In this document: positions 1 to 12,844 of the stretch, piece by piece
Layout of the letters: each line of letters begins with the position of its first letter
Position numbering within the stretch: position 1 is the first letter of the stretch
Assembly (NCBI RefSeq): GCF_009914755.1
Contig: NC_060926.1
DNA length: 64,000 nt
Origin: the human T2T-CHM13v2.0 reference genome, Homo sapiens
Strand: one strand, 5' to 3'
The notes under the pieces: generated by a model
Told to the model about the DNA's origin: nothing
The model's database searches: none
The model's input: only the letters and a program-made list of their open reading frames with translations
Translations under genes and position numbers: made by a program

Positions 1-238
1 GAGTGATATTTATACTGTGCTCTCTCTATAAGAAGCAACAAATAAGGGTAAGTAAATGCCGCTTTTGCATAACACTTGTCTTTGAGGATCTCTGGGTAAC
101 ACTTCTCAGGTAGGTTGATAAGAAGAAGAATGAAATAACTTCTACCCATATTACGAATCTACTGTTGCATGTCAGGGTGCATTGATGTTAGAGATTTTAT
201 CAACAGCCTGGAACATTTGTCTACTGCTATGAAAGTGA

Positions 239-632
<394 letters not shown>

Positions 633-1599
633 AGAAAGAGTCTTTAATACAACCTTTATTGACTTTGGACAGAGTCTTCAACCCCCACCCATTCATTACC
701 CTTTTTATTTGAAGACAAAACCCACTCACAGAACCATTTGGCATGCAGGATGTCATTCTGAATTGGCTCACTTGAAAAAACTTTTGGCCACAGGAGTTAT
801 GTAAACCTTTTCATTAAGGCCCTATAGTCCACATTTTAGATATTATTTTAAAACTATGAGACATTTCAGCCAAACAGACATTCTGGAACAAAAGACTGCA
901 GATAAACAATCTGAAATTTTTTCCTTTGCTGGAGGAAGCGATTCTTTAGGCTGAAATCAAAAGCAACAACATTCTGTCCATTTTTATGCAAGCCAAAATC
1001 TACAGACACCTGGAAACACCAGATAATGTTTTTAAAAGATCACTTCCCCTCAGATGACCTGAAAGTGAGATGTGGATTCATAATCCTTTGCTCACTCAAA
1101 GGCCTTATGAAAGTTCCCCTCCCTGACTTGAGGGCACAGGATGTGATAACACATCAGTTTCTCCGGAAGACCCAGTAATTCCACTTCTCCTTGAAACAAA
1201 CCTATTCTCATCTAGTAAAACTAGTAATGAGAATTCTGATTTTATTTGTTTTTCTCTTACAGGCATTTATCATTTGGAGTTTCTAGCATTTACAGGCACA
1301 GAAATGAAAACTCAAAATTGATTGTCAAAAGATGATTTTTCACAGAGCCATGTGCATTCATTCCACAGTATTTACTTCTTAGTCAAACCAAAAAATAACT
1401 GTCTTCTCATTGCAAGTTAAAGTTGAACACGATTAAGACTTACATTTTTAGTTTTATGCAAAATTTACATTTTTTTATATGAACATTTTCACATTAAGGC
1501 TGAGAATAAGAGAAATTTTTTCAGAAAAATTGTCTTGTATTCTGTCTTTATGAAAGAAATGAATGTGCAATGCAAGAAAAAAGATTATATAAAAAAGTA

Positions 1600-1690
1600 T
1601 AGAAATGTGTGTATGTGTTTCTGGAAAGGAAATAAATAGCTTTCATCAGATTCTCAAATATTTATGACTCAAAAAAGGTCAAGATAGTAA
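1600..1690 (-). mobile_element. hAT-Charlie MITE fragment (MER112/MER117-like)
   Basis: agctttcatcagattctcaaa...tgactcaaaaaaggtcaaga resembles a recalled Charlie MITE end. Confidence 0.45.
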
Positions 1691-1743
1691 TAAAGAGCTA
1701 GTTCATAATCATGTCCTTGGTTCTATTCTATTCAGCTCTCTAA

Positions 1744-1831
1744 TATTAAGTTGAACCACACACAATCGCACACAAGTGTGTGATAATTTTTTACGTACAA
1801 AAACAGCAATTTCACAAAGCACAGTCTAATA
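1744..1831. mobile_element. MADE2-like mariner MITE
   Basis: Starts tattaagttgaaccac, ends gcaatttcac...ctaata; degenerate terminal inverted repeats, ~88 bp. Confidence 0.55.
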
Positions 1832-1859
1832 TCTTCAATGAATTTTAAGAAGCATGAAA

Positions 1860-2135
1860 AAGTAAGGAAGAATAGCTAATATGTTGGACCCAGAATCAAG
1901 TTTGAAAAAAATCTTGGCATACTGAGATACGGAGTAGAAATATATTACAATGAAAGACAACAAAAGTAAGCCAAAAATCCTACATGGAGCTGCATAAAAC
2001 AAAATTTTTCAAGCATAGTGTAGCAGAGATATTTCAACATGCAGGTAAAAGAAACCCCAAGGACTTAAATGAGGACAAGCTCAGCATGAGATAACAACAT
2101 GGCAGGGCTGCTAATGAACGAAAACAGTCTCAGCA
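1860..2135 (+). mobile_element. L3/CR1 LINE relic
   Basis: gacaagctcagcatgagataacaacatggcagggctgctaa resembles the CR1 RT C-terminal region. Confidence 0.5.
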
Positions 2136-2159
2136 TTAGGCCGAGCCATTGACTTTCAC

Positions 2160-2520
2160 TTAATACTCGCTGTATGCAAGACTTTGCATTAGGCATTTTA
2201 GATTTACTTTCTCATGTAATTTTCATAACAGCACTTTGAGGTAAATGTCAATGGCTCCATTTGATAGGTGATAAAACTGAGCACAGAAAAGCTGCATAAC
2301 TTGCCCAGAGTTAATAAGTGTTGGTGATGGAAAATGTAATAATTATTAATAATAATTTGCTGAAATGTATTGAGTTTTTCCTGATAACCAGGAACTATGG
2401 CATGTTCCTACATAATTTCATTTCTTACTGATATTAATACTTATAACAACACTATTAGGCAAGTATTATTATTATCATTTTACAAATGAGAAAAGTGAGG
2501 TTCAAAGATTACATCTAGCT
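2160..2520 (-). mobile_element. Two adjacent MIR relics
   Basis: Antisense MIR cores: ccatttgataggtgataaaactgagcacaga...aacttgccca; cattttacaaatgagaaaagtgaggttca. Confidence 0.65.
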
Positions 2521-4101
2521 TGATAAAGGTCTTCAAACTCCAGCACCAGATATGAACCCAACAGCTTTAGAGAAAGTGTTCAAGCAGCTCCCATGATTGG
2601 GAAAGGTCAAATTCCTTATTATATGTATATCACCAAGCGGCTCTGCTTCTCTGATCTGATTATGACTGATACACACGTAGAAACCTATCTGTACTTAGGT
2701 TTACATAAAATTCTGGGAGATTATATGCCCACATATTAACAGCGCTTATATCTGAGAAATGGAATTCAAAATGCTTTCTGACTTTTGTCTACTCAAATGT
2801 ACGCTCTAAGTTCTTAACAGGGAACATATGTTACTTGAGAACTGATAATTTTAAAAATGAAAGTTATTTTTAATCTTCCTCATTACTGAGTTCATTTGTT
2901 AGAAAAATGTCATTACAACTGAACCCATGAATTTGAGCTCTAACGTGGTACTATAAGCACATGTGAGTTCCCCAATACTGAGACAAGTCAATAGATTGTG
3001 TGGGAAAGGATGGTAAAAACTAAATTCTGTATCTAAAAAGAAAATTAATAGAGCCAGAATAGTTATTTGCCTTGTAAATGTACAAGCCCAGTGAGACCAC
3101 TTCCTTCTGCAAAGGCAAGGGGAAAGTTCACGCTGCCACCATGCTCCTCAGTGAGCAGGATCTGGGGCCTTCAGTGAGCATGATGCTGCCCTACAGGGCC
3201 CATCAGACCAATAGGGCCATGTACATGACCTGGGGGTGGAGGTAGTTACCTAAAGTGCCAGCTCTCCCTCCTCTGTGGAAGCAGACACGTGAAAGGCTGA
3301 CTGTAGTGACATATACAAACAGATGCGCTCAAAGTTAGTGCTCAAAAGCAAACCATAAAGGAGAAAGTGAGGTTGAAAGAGACAATTAGGTAAGAAGTGC
3401 AGAGAGAAGTGGGAAACTAAATGTAGGCAAGAAATGGGGCTGAAACAGTGGAAGAGAGCAGTTGAGCAAGTTGGGGGTGAGGCAGGAGAAAGGGGAGGGG
3501 AGGAGGGTAAGTGGCAAAGAAAAATGCAGGGAAGAGAATGCTTTACCTCCCATCACGCAGCTTCTTCTGACCTGTGAGACGCCACCACCTTTTGTGCTTC
3601 TCTCTTATCTTTTCCTTTTGTCTCTCACCCTTCCCGCCCGTTAGTTCTCTTCCCTTTGTCATTTTCTCTCTTCCTCTCTTTCTTCAAATTAAAATCCCTT
3701 TTGTCCTGTGAAGCCTAAGAATGACATAAATCGGGAAAATAAGAGGCTATAGAAAGAGAGGAAGGGGAGGAAAACAGTAAGGAGGTTATAGAATTCTACC
3801 ACAAGCTACTAATGAATTAAAAATATGCAAATGGAACTGCAAATAAAGAAGACACATAATGCATAGAAGCTTAGGGAGGGCATGGGAACTCCTGGCACCA
3901 GTTTAACTTTGTTTGTCTAGGGTTCTGTCACATAGTGGAAAGATTATAGTCATCATTTGGGCTGAGTTAGACACATTCATGAGCATTATGTTTAATGAAA
4001 ACAGAAGCATAATTGAGGCCTGAATCTCCTGTAAAAAGAAAACATTAGAATACACATATACACACATACTTTTCAAAAAAATATAAGATTATGAATTAGA
4101 G

Positions 4102-4435
4102 CAGGAGTCAGTAAACTACAGCCCAAGAGTTAACTCCAGTGCCCCCTATTTTGGTACAGCCAGTGAGCTAAGAAAGATTTTTATATTTTTAAAGGACAAA
4201 AGAAAAATTAAAAGAAGAATATTTTGTGACGTATGAAAATGATGAAATTTCAGAGTCCATAAATAAAGTTTTATTGAAAGAGAGTCACCCCACTCATTTA
4301 CCTATTGTCTGTCTTTTACTCTACTGCTTTTACTATACAATGGCAGAGTTGTGTAGTGGTGACAGAGATTGCATGTCCCATCAATCACAACATATTTACT
4401 CCTGGCCCATAACAGAAAAAGATTGCCAAGCCCTG
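4102..4435 (+). mobile_element. MER58B hAT-Charlie DNA transposon
   Basis: TIRs caggagtcagtaaact / gattgccaagccctg; internal ataaataaagttttattgaaa; 8-bp TSD aattagag/acttaggg. Confidence 0.8.
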
Positions 4436-4649
4436 ACTTAGGGCATTGCTTACTGAAAGGAAAAAGTACACTTTCCTACTGATGATCAAATGGTTGGGAA
4501 GTCATCCCTCTGTGTCCCTCTTAGACTTCTCACTCTCTCTTCTCTATTATAGGATTGTCCCAGAAAAAGAGAGCTTTATAGGTGTGTTAGTCTTTTTAAT
4601 TTTTAAGGATTTTTTTTTTGCCCATAAACAGCAGTATCTCAGATTATCG

Positions 4650-4770
4650 TATTCGGTATAATCTCTATTTGTTATAAACAAATAAATAAATAGAGATTAT
4701 ACCAAATAGAGATTTATATAGAGATTTTACCAAATACAGATGATAATCTCTGTTTGGTAAATAAATAAAT
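4650..4770. repeat. Cluster of short inverted and direct repeats
   Basis: Perfect 16-bp inverted repeat 4655-4670 / 4688-4703, plus further ATAGAGATT copies. Confidence 0.85.
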
Positions 4771-6011
4771 AATGTCAAGTACATCTCATTTTTTTATTTT
4801 CATGTTTACTCTTTTATTTCTGGAGGTGACTTACCAATAAACCAAAGGAAAAAGCATCTTTTTCAGATAAACACCCAAGGCTGTAATAAAAATAAGTCTC
4901 TTAATTGCTCAACTCATGATCTAGATTTTCTTAAGTGACAAAGATCCTTAATGAATATCAAGCAAAACATTATGTGAGTGAAAATCCATGATAGCCCTCA
5001 CAAGAATCTTGGGATTGTCATACTCAGATTTGGAGGAATGTTCATGCCCATTCAACATTGCTAGGTAAATTAGCCACCATTTCCACATAGAAAGTTTCTA
5101 TAGAATTTTTAGAAACAGAAATATTTTTGTAACTTTGAAAAAATGTCATTTAACTGTGTGCTTTTGTATAGCTTACAAGTGTGCAAAGGAGGTCACAGAA
5201 ATCACAGAAATAATGCACACTTAAACTGACAGATGGTCTTTTCTGAAGCCTAGTTGATACTTTACTACAACTTCTTATGAGTTAATCAGGAAACGTTCAC
5301 TCAGCGCATACTCTCAACTAGAGCAGTATGTAAGTCATATTTATTTTCTTTGAAATGGTAAAGATTCAACATTACTGCAACTTCAGCATTAAATACTTTC
5401 AGAGTTACCCTTATAAAACTTCCCTTTTTATTATTAAATTCGTCAGGTTTCAGGCAGGGAAACTATTGTTTCCATAAACAATCAAAATCAAAGCACAATA
5501 GTGATATCAGAAAATGACAGCCAAGATCTTTTTTTGTTGTTCTATGTATTTATTTGTCTGGGGTTTTTTTAGATTGATTGCTTTGTGACATTCACTTTTT
5601 AGAATATTTAGATAAGTGAAGTAGCAGATCTATTAAGCAATATCAAAATAATCAGAATTATAAAAATCATAAGTGAAGCTAAAGTGAAAGGCCCAGACAC
5701 TGTTTTACCCATACAGGTGCAAACTGTAATTCTGCTAAAAGCCAAGTCACCCCATTAACCATCAACCTTCCAATTAGAGCTTTGGGGTAATCTTTTGTAA
5801 TTGCTGCAATATTTAAAAGTAACTGGTAATTATATAATTTATAAAAGTATCTGTTCATTATGACAAAGCCACTCAGGGGAGACAAGGAGTACATGTAATG
5901 TAATATAACAGGTTGATTGTATAAATGGTTCAGCCACTTTACTGCTATTACTGTATGCTGAACAATAAGTAATCGTTCAGTTCAGTCTAAAGCTCATCAC
6001 AGTGTGCTTAC

Positions 6012-6050
6012 CTCTTACACTGCTGGTTCAGGTCTTTCTTTTGAAGAAAA
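6012..6050 (-). other. Candidate 39-nt exon
   Basis: Minus strand: ...attatcaaccag|TTTTCTTC...GTGTAAGAG|gtaagc; phase 2-2 frame open (FLQKKDLNQQCK). Confidence 0.3.
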
Positions 6051-6670
6051 CTGGTTGATAATGTATAATATGTCAGAATGCAAAATAAAAAAAATATGGC
6101 TCTACACACTTATTTGGAAGTAGTGTGAAACAAGCTTGCGTCTCAATCCATCAAGAAGAAGATTGCTTCCCAAATGGGGTTGGTGCTGTGAATTAAGAGC
6201 AAGTAGCAGTAGACAGAAAGGATGTTGCTGTAATTTGAGAGGCTCACCAATGGCCTTGGTGCTCAGCTGTTGACTCTGCGTGGGGGTGGAGGGGTGGAGG
6301 TGGTGATGATGTCCCATTTTATGTAGAAGTCATATCCAGCTTCCTTGTTACTGTTAGTCCAGCTACAGGCTTTACAAGCCTTAGAATTGTAGTGTGTCAA
6401 TTACAATGGATATTTTCAAATTTGACATATACTGCTACTTCTATATTTTAAAATACATATATAAGCTTCATTACAAATTGATATTATTTTTTATTGTTCA
6501 GACAACCATATGTCCACAATGATGTAAAATAATTCTTAAAACTTAAATGGAAGAACAATTATCCGTTATCCTTTTGCAAGCTTCCCTTTAAGCCTACCGG
6601 CTTCATAAATTACATTAAGGATTAGTGTAATGTAGATAATTGCAAGGTATTATTTTAACTGGTTTTATTA

Positions 6671-7192
6671 TTTTTTAGGTATGGTAAGCCCAACAGGTCA
6701 AGAGGTGATTGCCACTGAAATGACACTTTGTTGATCCCAGTTCCCAAGCAGACAGGCATGCCACACTCTGCAGGACCACACGGGGAATCACTGGAGTGAG
6801 TAGGGGGAGAGGGAGAGGGAAAAACTGTGGGCAAGAGCCTTTACTATGGTTTCTTCTGGAAGGAATGGAATAGGCAGGGTATGCAGGCTTAGGATTGGCT
6901 AGTTGAAATAATTTCAGCAGGCTCTGGGGCAAAGGAGCTGCCCTTTGTTGTCTGGTATCTGAGCCTGGAGTCATTAGGGCAGGTGGATAGTGGTCCAGGG
7001 TGTGAGAGCCCAATAAAGAAGGTGGTTGGATAGTTGGAGCTGTGAGCTCTGGAGTAGTTGATTCGCTCTTGAAAAGCATGCTTGATGCAGAGTTGTTTAC
7101 TGTCTATAGGAATTGGCTGACCTTGAGAGGGGCAGCAAAGTCCCAGATGTCAAAGTATCAGAACACAAAAAATGAAAAACACGGTTAGTGCA
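6671..7192 (-). mobile_element. MER74A-like ERVL solo LTR
   Basis: Reverse strand resembles MER74: gatactttgacatctggg...gccaattcctatagacagtaaacaactc...gaaattatttcaactagccaatcctaagcctg. Confidence 0.75.
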
Positions 7193-7479
7193 AGTATTCA
7201 CTTATCTTTATTGCAAAGTGTTGAATACATTTCTTTTTACTATGAAAAAATGGCTTTGATTCTTATTACTACTGATAAGATTGAAACAATTCAGTGCAAA
7301 TTTTTATATTGCCTTTCTTCTCCACAAATTCTTTGTATCTTCCATCATTTTAATCTCATGTCTCCTGACTCAGAAGAATCATCTCTACTTTAATTGTAAA
7401 TATTGGTCTTCATCTTACTGCTTTAATGCCAGTTCTAAAGCAAATCTTCATGAATAGTTCTCTCTCCATGTATATTTTG

Positions 7480-8400
7480 AGTTTTCTAATTTTTTTTATC
7501 TCTACAGTCCCATGCTCCCTGCCTGTAACATATTCAGACCTTCTCTATTTTAAATTCATTTTGTCTATAGAGGGTTGCCCATCAAGCAATCACCGTAGTA
7601 CTGGCTTTTTCTTCACTGTCACAATTCTTGAAATTAGTCCACATTCATGGCCTCTGAGGCCTCAGTTTCATTCCTTAACCCCTTATCTTATGGTATGGCT
7701 CCTGCTCCACATAGATTTCTCTTTTATTGTTATCAAAGCCAGCGATATTTGTCTGCAGGATTTAGTACCATTGGCCTCTTGCTTAAACTGCCCTTTTCTC
7801 TTCAATATTGTGGCATCAAATTATCTCTGTTAAATGGTCCGGTCACTTCTAGTCTCCTTTCATGGCTTCGCTAAAGCTCTCTACTTTCCTTAGAGTCTCT
7901 TTCTTAAGTCAAAGTCACACTGCCAGCTCCCCCCACTGAACCTTTGTCCCTAGATTCCTCCTCGTGGCCTTGAACTCAGTCTAACCCAATCCAGTGTCAG
8001 CATCCTCTCATCCCAGTGTGCTCCTTCTTCTGTCTTCACTTTCTAACACTGTTCTCATTGCCTTTTGGTTCAAAATATTAGAATCACCTTTATATCCTTC
8101 AAATCTATTGCTTGCCATATTATACTAATTGGCAAATCTTGCCTGCTCTGTCTCAATGAACATTCTTACTTTTACTTCTTTATTTCTAGGCTCACAGTCA
8201 TTATCCTTGTTTGAGCTATTATTTACTCTCCTAAGTTCCTGATTTGCCTGTATGTCTTCAGTTTCTCCTCTGTTAGTAGTAGTCTTTATGGGATGTTTCA
8301 AATGCCAAGCATGCATACAGGCTCCCCATTTGCAATTTGCCATTTTCAGTTCCTATGAGGATAATTTTGTTATGCTTCCCTTGCCCTAGCAGACAGTCTT
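7480..8400 (+). mobile_element. L2 LINE relic
   Basis: Pyrimidine-rich degenerate L2 body sequence. Confidence 0.5.
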
Positions 8401-9199
8401 TATAAGAAATCAACCCTAACTCTCAGACTACTGATACTGGAAAAATTATCAGTGAAAATAATAAAGCCAGTAATTGTAGTTTCTAAGTCCGCAGGTCATT
8501 GAATAATTCATGTAACCTTTACTCCTCTTTCCCTTTCACGCCTGCTTATAACAACAACCTATATAACAGTAGCAACAGGCAACTCCTGGATTCCTGTTCT
8601 GATTTCAGTTCAGAAAAGAGTGGACTTGGCCTCCCTTCCTTATTTGTTAGTATTAGAGTGGCACTGGTTATCCCATGATTGGACTGACCAATGAGTAAGT
8701 AGACAGAAATCATTTAAGGTGACATTCCGTCAACTCTGAAGAACCTGGAACCATGAACTAAAGAAAAAACTGAGTTGGTGTCTCTGGAGTTTGGGCTCCC
8801 ACCAACAAAGTCCCTGCCAATCACAACCTTATTTTGGCTGTAATCCAGATGTCAGAACAGCAATAATGGTGCAGAAGAAAAAGAGGTTTTTCTCAGAGTA
8901 ACCTTCATGGCCTGCTGAGGACATAGCCAATCCTTTCTCTCTCCTTGACAGAAATGGTGTCCTTTTGTAACCAGGGTCCCTTAGTTGCAAAATATACATT
9001 ACTACTTGCTTAAGTGATAGGTGGTTGGGGTTCCTAGTTTTGTCTCTGGCAAATCTATAAAGAAGAAAAGTCAACCACGTGGCCCAGAGGTAAGGGGATC
9101 AAGGAATACTCTGACATAGCCCTCATTCTTTGCAGCTTATTATGTAGTTGGAGAAAGGACTATGCTTCATGGTACAGACCACTCTGGGGCCACATTGAT

Positions 9200-10035
9200 G
9201 TTCCCTGTTAATCTACCCTCCACACTGCCTTCTGAAAACCCTGTAGCAATGCTCATATTGCTACTCTGGGGGGTTTTCTCCAAGAGTGCTCTCAACTTAA
9301 CTGTAACCACTTGACCGTAGTATTCAAGGCCCTTCCTAGTATAATCCCAATATATTTCCCTGCTGTAGCTCCCTCTAAACTGGCCTTTTCTTTAGTGCAT
9401 TCTGTCTACACTGCTTCTATATCTTTACTCATATGGTTTCTCTCCCTACTGCAATCCCTTGCCTTACTGGCTCACACAGTATTTATTTAGTACTTAATGT
9501 AGGCCAGGAACTTTGCTATATGGTAGGAATTCAAATGAGTAAAACCAGCATAGTCCCCATCCTTAGGCAGACTACAAGACAATGGGAAAGACAGACATTA
9601 GTCAAATATCACGGATTTGTTTAAATTACAACTCTAATAAGTGCAAGCAAAAAAAGACACACAGAGCTACAAGAATGTTTAGAATGGGAATTTGACATAA
9701 GTGCCAGGAAAGAGAAACTGAGAGCTTGGCAGTGTAGTTGCAGCACAGTACACACTGGGTCCTGCTGCCGAAATCCTTCTGACCCTCCGGAACCTCTCTG
9801 GAGCTCTTCTCTGAATCTCTTCAGTAAGATCACGCTCTTGTTGAATCCATCCCAGACTCTGTGTATACCTTTCCTATGGCCCTTCTCCTACTCTACTTCT
9901 TCTCTGATCTTACTTTTAGATATTAAGCAATTCAAGGTTAGAGACTCCAATATCCACATCTTTGTATTTTTTTGCCATTTCCTAGAACAATGCCTTAGAT
10001 ACAGGAGGTGATCATTAACTATTTACTAAAGGAAT
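9200..10035. mobile_element. L2 relics (sense pieces around an antisense piece at ~9470-9720)
   Basis: L2 3' end cctagaacaatgccttagatacaggaggtgatcattaactatttact; antisense atttatttagtacttaatgtaggccagg. Confidence 0.55.
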
Positions 10036-10040
10036 GGCCT

Positions 10041-10395
10041 TGTGTTAGTCCATTTTCATGCTGCTAATAAAGACATACTCAAAACTGAGCAATTTATAAA
10101 GGAAAGAGGTTTAATTGACTCACAGTTCCACATGGCTGGGGAGGCCTCACAATCATGATGGAAGAACAAGGGACATCTTACATGGCAGCAGACAAAAGAG
10201 AGCTTGTACAGGGGAACTCCCCTTTATAAAACCATCAGATCTGGTGAGACTTATTCACTATCATGAGAATAGCATGGGAAAGACCCAACCCCATGATTCA
10301 ATTACCTTCTACCAGGTCCCTCTGATGACATGTAGGAATTATGAGAGCTAGAATTTAAGATGAGATTTGGGTGGGGACACAGCCAAACCATATCA
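10041..10395 (-). mobile_element. THE1 (B/C/D-type) MaLR solo LTR
   Basis: tgtgttagtccattttcatgctgctaataaagacata...gagatttgggtggggacacagccaaaccatatca; 5-bp TSD ggcct/ggact. Confidence 0.93.
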
Positions 10396-10639
10396 GGACT
10401 TAATTTCTCCAAAATGTATCTATATATGTGCTCTGATGACATTTTCATGAGATTAATAAGAAAATACTATGGAAAAAGAAAATGATGCAACAATCCATAA
10501 AATAGCCAAGCAATCTCTGAGCTATTGAGAACTGGTTAAGCATCTATAGGTAAAGAAATAGAAACATATTAACCACATGTATATGTGTGTATGCATATAT
10601 ATGAATATATGTATACGTATATGTCTGCATGCATTGCAT

Positions 10640-10810
10640 GATTGTAAAAAGCACATTCTTTGGAGTCAGACAGTCTGATTTCAAATGCTGGCTCTACCAA
10701 TTGTCAGTTGTATGACCTTGAGAAAATTCTTCCTAAAATGGGAGTGATACTAACAGCACACTTCACAAGATTGCCATGGAGGTTAATTATGTAAAGCATT
10801 TAAAACATAT
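10640..10810 (+). mobile_element. MIR
   Basis: ttggagtcagacagtctgatttcaaatgctggctctacca...tgaccttgag...aaaatgggagtgata. Confidence 0.7.
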
Positions 10811-12482
10811 TTCACATTGACATATGCCTCAAGAACGTGTCACAGTCCTCATTCATCTGGGAGAAGTTGGCTGGCTGCTCCTTAAGTTCTGTCTTCCAAC
10901 TCCCTAGAATCAGGCTTAGGCAACCATCAGGGTCTGGCAAGGCCAGATTCAAAATAGAGGAACAAATTGTCACAGAGAAGCCACAGGATGGGACAAGGAA
11001 GCAGAGCATTCGAGCCAGACAGAGGTGCGTTCAAATCCACCTCGCCAAATTATTTCAGCTCTCAGAACCTTGGGGTCCTCATGTGTAGAATTGGGATTGT
11101 GGTGGAATTTGAGAATAAGGTCTGGCCTTCAGGGTGTAACGTCCAAGTACCTGGAAAAGCTCTTTCCTCTAAAATAGCCTCCTCAGAGTCCTCAACAAAG
11201 TGAGACATTCCTTTTTCAGAAACTAAGATTGATGCCATGATAACTTGGTCAAATGTTCCCTTTATATCAAGGTATATAGAAATTCTATTGTTTAGGAAAC
11301 AGGATACTTGGTGGTACAGATTCATTGCCTGTTTCTCTGAATAAGAAGGCTGTTTCTTGCTGTCTACTGGAAAAGTTCCGTTACATCCAGGGAAACTACT
11401 CATTGTTTTTACTTTCATTTGCCAAATTCTCATGTTAAAAATTTTTAATTAAAACAAGTTCATACTTGTCTATTAACAAACAGAAAGTTTGAGCAATTCT
11501 AGAATTCCAAGAAATACAACCTTGCTCTTGGCCTCCAAATACCACTTTTGAAATATAGAAATTTTGGGGCATGTTTTTAGGATGTCTCACAGTACTCCAG
11601 CATTATGTTTCTGCTTAGACTTTCTCTGAGAGCCTGCCCATAGTCAGTGGCTGCTTTTCTAAGACAAAATATCCTTGACCTCAGTGTGACCTTTCATATG
11701 TAGGGAACAGATAGAATCCAAAAAACCTCAAAGAAAGAAAAATTTGACTTCATAAACTCACACTGTCTGTGAGAAATTAGGCAAACCTGGAGTGACAGGA
11801 GTATGTGCTAACTTTCACAACAGTTACTTGAAGTTCTGGAGCAGACACATCATGCTTTCAAAGTTCATCACTTTACAGAATTTAAAATGCCTGGAGTTAG
11901 ATCTTGACACCTTTTGTGGTACATGCTGAGTTCAGCAGTTTAATAGAGCCATAGGTATTGATTTTGATCTTTCCATATTTTTAATGTCATCTTGATTTGG
12001 ATACATGGGCTCAGATATGCTGAAATTGATTAGGACTGATGTTAAGAAAAATTATTAAGGCAGCAAAATGTATTTTCATTGGCCTCTGCACCTTTCCATC
12101 GGCATCCTTTCTCCCATGGCAGCTGCTTACCCAGCCATTTTCCCAGTGCCTTCATGATGGCTGGGGCCGCCATCCATGCTGTACCATTCTCCCTAGAAAA
12201 GCCCTCATGTTCCAGCTCAGTGAAATTTACCTGTTAGCTGTGGCCATCTCCCAGCCCTCGCTTAGTTGACAACTTGCAACATTCATTCCAATGGGTTAGT
12301 GAGTACTAAGGTCTTAATGAACTATCTTTACCCCTTCCTGGAATACTCTTCATTTCTCTTCTTGAAAAATTCAACTCATTCAACTTAAGTGTAATTTCTT
12401 TGAATTTTTCCTGATTTCTCCTAGGAATAATTAGTTGATCTTATTCTATGTTCCCACAATACTTTCTACAGGTAGTCTATAA

Positions 12483-12844
<362 letters not shown>

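Noticed and set aside
6102-6317. ORF starting MGHHHHLH
   Set aside because: Short, no domain and no splice context; the His run comes from a TGG/TGA-rich stretch.
6675-7079. 134-aa minus-strand ORF
   Set aside because: Entirely within the MER74-like LTR.
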